DNA from: Candidatus Latescibacterota bacterium
GTDB lineage: Bacteria > Latescibacterota > UBA2968
Length of the DNA: 64,000 nt
Reading direction: 5' to 3'
Assembly (NCBI GenBank): GCA_965207885.1
Contig: OZ242311.1
Coordinates: 1,888,001 to 1,952,000, forward strand
Below the pieces are notes generated by a model, which saw only the letters and a list, made by a program, of their open reading frames with translations, was not told the origin of the DNA and did not search any database. A program made the position numbers and the translations under genes. Position 1 is the first letter of the stretch, and the number at the start of each line of letters is the position of its first letter. Of this stretch, positions 59,420 through 64,000 are shown piece after piece.

Positions 59420-60277
59420 TCACTTTGCACTATTCAATTGCTTCCAATCCACTGACCATTCAATCCGTTCTTTGAGTTCGGCAAGCAATTTGGCGCGTTG
59501 CGCACGTCGGCGCTCGGTCAGGATGCGTTGCTGAATCTCGCTGCGCACATCGACCAGGTCGCGTATTGAACCCGTGTCGTTTCGATCCATTACTTCGATG
59601 ATATGGTAACCCAACTCGGTACGCGTGCGTATCCGGTGTCCCAATTTGGCATCCCAACATGCCGCCCAAAAAGAAGGGTTGACCATATCTTCGGTAAAGT
59701 ACCCCAGATCGCCACCATTTACAGCCGACTGATCGATTGAGACTTCGCGTGCTACCTGTTCAAAAAACTCGCCCTTTTGCAGCCGGTTCCACGCCCGAGT
59801 CTGTGCATTTCGGTCTGCCACAATGAGGTGCCGCACCCTGAGTTCGAGTTGATCGCGCTCGAAATCTGCACGATGTTCTTCGTAATAGGTGAGAATTTCA
59901 TCCTCTGAGACTTCGGCATCGCGTGCGTGCGTGCGTGCCATCAATTCGCTCGCCAACAGTTGCCGAACAGCGCGATCAATGCGATCTGATATTTCGGGGT
60001 CCTGGTCGAGTTGTTGTCTTATGGCTTCTCGATAGAGGAGTTCTTCCGCGATCCAATTTTCGACCAATATTTGTTTTTCTTTTGGCGAGATTGTGCCTGC
60101 AAACGGAGGGGGAATACGCCTCTCCAATGCTTCTTTGGTCAGATGGCGATTCCCCACTTGCGCCACGATGGAAACTTTTTGTGGCCTCTCGCATCCCCAC
60201 ATGCCAATCAGGCAGATTAGCAGGCCAATTTTCAAATACCGCGCTCGCTTCAAAACGCGATCTCCCATTGCGATCAT
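59420..60277 (-). CDS. PpiC/PrsA-like parvulin lipoprotein
   Basis: MWGC lipobox, GGDLGYF, GYHIIEV. Confidence 0.85.
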   Translation of the reverse strand: MIAMGDRVLKRARYLKIGLLICLIGMWGCERPQKVSIVAQVGNRHLTKEALERRIPPPFAGTISPKEKQILVENWIAEELLYREAIRQQLDQDPEISDRIDRAVRQLLASELMARTHARDAEVSEDEILTYYEEHRADFERDQLELRVRHLIVADRNAQTRAWNRLQKGEFFEQVAREVSIDQSAVNGGDLGYFTEDMVNPSFWAACWDAKLGHRIRTRTELGYHIIEVMDRNDTGSIRDLVDVRSEIQQRILTERRRAQRAKLLAELKERIEWSVDWKQLNSAK

Positions 60278-60341
60278 ATCCCCGCATGTGGCTCTAAACT
60301 ATTGGCAATAAAAAAGGTTCCAAGTAATCGAATATACGCCT

Positions 60342-63300
60342 TCAAATTAGGCTCTGCAACACATTTTTAGCCGATTCTAACCGCGATTGCGGTCCCTTTC
60401 CAATTAGTGCGACTTCGATTTTTGGCGGCTCTCCCAGGGCAAATTCCAGGGGGATTGGTGACTGTGTCACCATCCGTTCGATATCTGTTCGCATCAGGGG
60501 TTTGTCTGGCGACAGGGTCATTGTCATGGTCTGTCCGATTTGCAACTGGGACAACCTGAGTTGGCGGGCCAAAATTTTGACCTGTAAGATGTCTAATAAT
60601 GCGGACGTGGGGTCGGGCAAAGGTCCAAAGCGGTCCGCGAGTTCTTCCTCTATTGCCAGGACTTCCACTGTTCGCCTTATCTGGCCCAATCTCTGATAAA
60701 ACTGCATTTTTTGATCTGCATCTGGAATATAGTCGTCTGGAATATACGACGAGACGGACACCTGTACATCTGGCTCAATCGCAGGTTCAGTCTCATCGCC
60801 TTTAATTTGCCGCACGGCTTCGTCCAAAAGGCGCGTGTACAAATCAAATCCCACGGCTGCTATATGTCCGTGTTGTTGCGCGCCGAGCAAGTTGCCCGTG
60901 CCCCTGATTTCCATGTCTCGCATTGAAATGTGAAAACCCGATCCCAAATCCGAAAATTCTTCGATGGCGCGCAATCGCCGTACCGCTGGTTTTTTGAGTG
61001 CTTGCCACGACGGCACGAATAAATACGCATACGCTCGCTTATTCGATCGCCCCACTCGACCGCGCAATTGATACAACTGCGCCAATCCCAGGCGATCTGC
61101 CCGATTTACGATTAGCGTGTTCGCGTTGGGAATGTCCAGTCCGGATTCCACGATCATGGTCGAGACCAGAACATCGTATTTGTGCTCAAAAAAGTCCATC
61201 ATCACTTTTTCGAGTTGTCGCTCGGGCATTTGTCCATGTCCCATGCCAAAACGCACCTGCGGTAGCAAGCGCGTGAGAAAGCCCATCATCGCGTGCATGG
61301 ATTGAACCCGATTGTGGACAAAATAAATCTGTCCACCGCGATCTACTTCCCGTAAGACCGCTTCGGCAATGCGGTCTTCTTCAAAAGCCAGCACTTCGGT
61401 CTGAATTGGCAAGCGGTCTTTGGGTGGGGTTTGTATGACAGACATATCGCGTGCGCCCATCAGCGACATGTGCAGGGTGCGCGGAATAGGTGTGGCGGTA
61501 AGTGTCAACACATCTACCAGGCGTCGCATTTCTTTTAACCGCTCTTTGTGCCGCACCCCAAAGCGGTGTTCTTCGTCTATGACCAGAAGGCCGAGGGATT
61601 TGAAGTTGACATCTTTTGACAACAACCGATGCGTGCCCACCACGATATCTACGGTGCCTTTCTTCATTGCTTCGAGGGTTCGCGTCTGTTCGGCCCGCGT
61701 TCGGAAGCGGCTCAAGACCGCTACATGAACGGGAAATTCGGAAAACCGTTCGCAAAATGTGCGATAATGTTGTTGCGCCAATATGGTCGTGGGGGCGAGC
61801 ACTGCTACTTGTTTGCCATCTAAAATTGCCTTAAACGCCCCGCGAATCGCCACTTCTGTTTTGCCATATCCCACATCGCCACAAATCAAGCGGTCCATGG
61901 CAGACTGCGCTTCCATATCTTTTCGCACGGCGTCAATCGCTTCTTGTTGATCCCGGGTTTCGCGATAGGGAAACGAGGCTTCAAGTGCATTCATTTCTGA
62001 CCCGTCAGACGAAAATGCCATGCCCGGTTGCGCCTTGCGTTCGGCGTATAATGACACGAGCTCTGCCGCCATTTTGAATATGGCTTTACGCGTCTTTTCC
62101 TTTAGCCGCTCCCATGCTACTGTGCCCAATTTGCTCAATACGGGTACTACGCCATCTTGGCTTGAATATTTTTGCACCTGATCCATCTGATCCACGGGCA
62201 CAAAAACCCGATCCCCATCTCGATATCCAATGGTCAGACAATCGCTGGACATGCGGCCTATTTCAATTCGCTTCACGCCTTCAAACCGACCGATTCCGTG
62301 ATCTACGTGTACGACAAAATCGCCGCGCTGAAGTGCGGTCACGGTCTTGATGGGCTGCGCGTCTTGAAAACGTCGATACCGCCGCCTGCGATGTACGCGA
62401 CTGTAAATTTCGTGGTCGTTGATCAAAAAGACTTTGCCGGGGCGGTATGTAAATCCGGATTGTAGTGTGCCCACGTACAGGGAGACCACATCAGCACTTT
62501 CTTCCAAAATTTCTTCCAATCGCGCTTTTTGTCCATCACTTTCACACAGAATGACCACTTCATAAGCGTCCAACCAGTGCTTTCGCAAATCCTCTTTTAA
62601 CAGTTGCACATGGCCTTCGTAGTGTCGCCCACTCTGTCCACCCAAATCCACCACTTCCTCAGATGCCCCTCCCAGTGCGCGATTCAAGACCCGGGGCATG
62701 CGTTCCAATTGCCGAAGCACGGTTTCCGGTTGTCGGAGTACACACCGCGCTGGCAAGGGTTCTGTTTCCGCCCGCCGTTTTTTTTGTCGCTGTGCGATTT
62801 GCTCACACGCGTGCCAGGCGTTATCCGCGGCATTAGCGATGCCATCCGGGTCATCGAGGACGAGCCAGCATCCTTCGGGCACGTAATCCAGCAATCCCGT
62901 TCGTTCGCCATATAACACACTCAAATAGTGTTCCTGTCCTTCAAAAATGCCTTCGCGTTCCAGTAAGTTTCGCACCTCGGGCAATTCAATACCTTGATCC
63001 CGTTCTGCTATTTCCAGATTTTCCAAATAAATATCTGCCATTGTCAACGGAAGTACGCTTTCTCGACAGGGCAAAATGCGCGTTTTCTCCATTTGCTCGA
63101 TAGACCGCTGCGTGCTAAAGTCAAATGCCCGGATGGATGAAATTTCATCGCCCCAAAACTCCAGTCTGATCGGATGCGCGTTGCCAAACGAACAAATATC
63201 CAGGATGCCGCCGCGCATCCCAAATTGTCCCACACCCTCCACGGTTGTTACCCGTTCATATCCAATTTCCACCAGATGATCCGCCAGTTGTAGGGGCGAT

Positions 63301-63749
63301 GTTTCCTGTTCCAGACGAAGCGTTTTTACACTCAAGTCAAAGAGGTCTGGAGGTATCGTGTGTCCCATTAGAGCTTCGATGGGTGTGACCACAATGCCGC
63401 TGGCCTCCCGGCGTAGCTGGTCCAATGCTTCCATCCGCAAGCCCACGACATCGAGGTGCGGCGAACGCCCGTCAAAATGGGCTACATCCCAACCCGGAAA
63501 GTAGCCCACATGGTCTTCGTCTAATAGCCGCTCCAAATCATTGCGCAATAACTCGGCGCGGTCCTCATCTGCACATACGACTACCACGGGGCCAGGTACG
63601 GTTTCTTCAATCCACGCGATGGCAAATGCCGATAGCGATCCGGATCCTCCGCGCATGGTTATGACCCGCTCTCCCGATTCCAGTTTTTGCGACAAGTCCT
63701 TAAATGACGTCGAGTTTTTGATTCTGTTGTACAATCTGTCAACGGACAT
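60342..63749 (-). CDS. mfd: Transcription-repair coupling factor
   Basis: GDVGYGKT, DEEHRFG, TATPIPRT, QLRGRVGR. Confidence 0.97.
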   Translation of the reverse strand: MSVDRLYNRIKNSTSFKDLSQKLESGERVITMRGGSGSLSAFAIAWIEETVPGPVVVVCADEDRAELLRNDLERLLDEDHVGYFPGWDVAHFDGRSPHLDVVGLRMEALDQLRREASGIVVTPIEALMGHTIPPDLFDLSVKTLRLEQETSPLQLADHLVEIGYERVTTVEGVGQFGMRGGILDICSFGNAHPIRLEFWGDEISSIRAFDFSTQRSIEQMEKTRILPCRESVLPLTMADIYLENLEIAERDQGIELPEVRNLLEREGIFEGQEHYLSVLYGERTGLLDYVPEGCWLVLDDPDGIANAADNAWHACEQIAQRQKKRRAETEPLPARCVLRQPETVLRQLERMPRVLNRALGGASEEVVDLGGQSGRHYEGHVQLLKEDLRKHWLDAYEVVILCESDGQKARLEEILEESADVVSLYVGTLQSGFTYRPGKVFLINDHEIYSRVHRRRRYRRFQDAQPIKTVTALQRGDFVVHVDHGIGRFEGVKRIEIGRMSSDCLTIGYRDGDRVFVPVDQMDQVQKYSSQDGVVPVLSKLGTVAWERLKEKTRKAIFKMAAELVSLYAERKAQPGMAFSSDGSEMNALEASFPYRETRDQQEAIDAVRKDMEAQSAMDRLICGDVGYGKTEVAIRGAFKAILDGKQVAVLAPTTILAQQHYRTFCERFSEFPVHVAVLSRFRTRAEQTRTLEAMKKGTVDIVVGTHRLLSKDVNFKSLGLLVIDEEHRFGVRHKERLKEMRRLVDVLTLTATPIPRTLHMSLMGARDMSVIQTPPKDRLPIQTEVLAFEEDRIAEAVLREVDRGGQIYFVHNRVQSMHAMMGFLTRLLPQVRFGMGHGQMPERQLEKVMMDFFEHKYDVLVSTMIVESGLDIPNANTLIVNRADRLGLAQLYQLRGRVGRSNKRAYAYLFVPSWQALKKPAVRRLRAIEEFSDLGSGFHISMRDMEIRGTGNLLGAQQHGHIAAVGFDLYTRLLDEAVRQIKGDETEPAIEPDVQVSVSSYIPDDYIPDADQKMQFYQRLGQIRRTVEVLAIEEELADRFGPLPDPTSALLDILQVKILARQLRLSQLQIGQTMTMTLSPDKPLMRTDIERMVTQSPIPLEFALGEPPKIEVALIGKGPQSRLESAKNVLQSLI

Positions 63750-63780
63750 AAATTTTAACTTTTCCTCCCAAACAGTACAC

Positions 63781-63821
63781 GCCAAAAAGCTCGACACATG
63801 ATATGCGTCGAGCTTTTTGGC
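63781..63821 (-). terminator. Hairpin after tRNA-Asp
   Basis: GCCAAAAAGCTCGAC...GTCGAGCTTTTTGGC. Confidence 0.7.
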
Positions 63822-63824
63822 AAA

Positions 63825-63902
63825 TGGCGGGGTAGACGGGGCTCGAACCCGCGACCACCGGCGTGACAGGCCGGTACTCTAACCAGACTGAGCTACTACC
63901 CC
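63825..63902 (-). tRNA. tRNA-Asp (GTC)
   Basis: GGGGTAG...CCGGC-CTGTCAC-GCCGG...CTACCCCGCCA. Confidence 0.97.
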
Positions 63903-63948
63903 AAGTTCAATTATAAAAATGATCTTCAAAATTCCATGAAGGTCCGAA

Positions 63949-63977
63949 AATTTAACAAGGTGTCTTTTTGGTGTCAA
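63949..63977 (-). promoter_or_regulatory. sigma70 promoter of tRNA-Asp
   Basis: TTGACA-N17-TAAATT. Confidence 0.7.
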
Positions 63978-64000
63978 GCAAATTTAATACATCATACCCC

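Overview
Bacterial chromosome segment rich in sulfatases (4), PhyH-type Fe/2OG dioxygenases (4), beta-propeller glycoside hydrolases, an internalin-like LRR protein and many toxin-antitoxin genes. By inference only, this profile is typical of host-associated (e.g. sponge) Latescibacterota/Gemmatimonadota-like symbionts. The highlight is at the left edge (1-5984, minus strand): a radical-SAM RiPP locus whose maturase is missing from the ORF track. It comprises an RRE + CxxxCxxC maturase cut by the window edge, a 61-aa precursor with one Cys, a Trp/Pro-rich core and an acidic tail, a consensus sigma54 promoter, three TGTA-N10-TACA enhancer boxes, and an adjacent 1599-aa Ser/Thr kinase-STAND ATPase-TPR-GAF-sigma54 activator. 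Next come a GT2, a ThDP-enzyme/E1 operon, tRNA-Val followed by a shuffled accessory region with three dispersed direct repeats, and a sulfated-glycan operon containing a sulfotransferase. An IS3-family element joins two truncated genes, and several antitoxins have lost their toxins. The right part holds queC/hemJ, tmRNA, a core operon (mfd, PPIases, degenerate ftsE, ftsX, envC-like, DHH, argF, nucleotide-sugar enzymes) and tRNA-Asp. All calls come from reading motifs by eye; no database searches were run.
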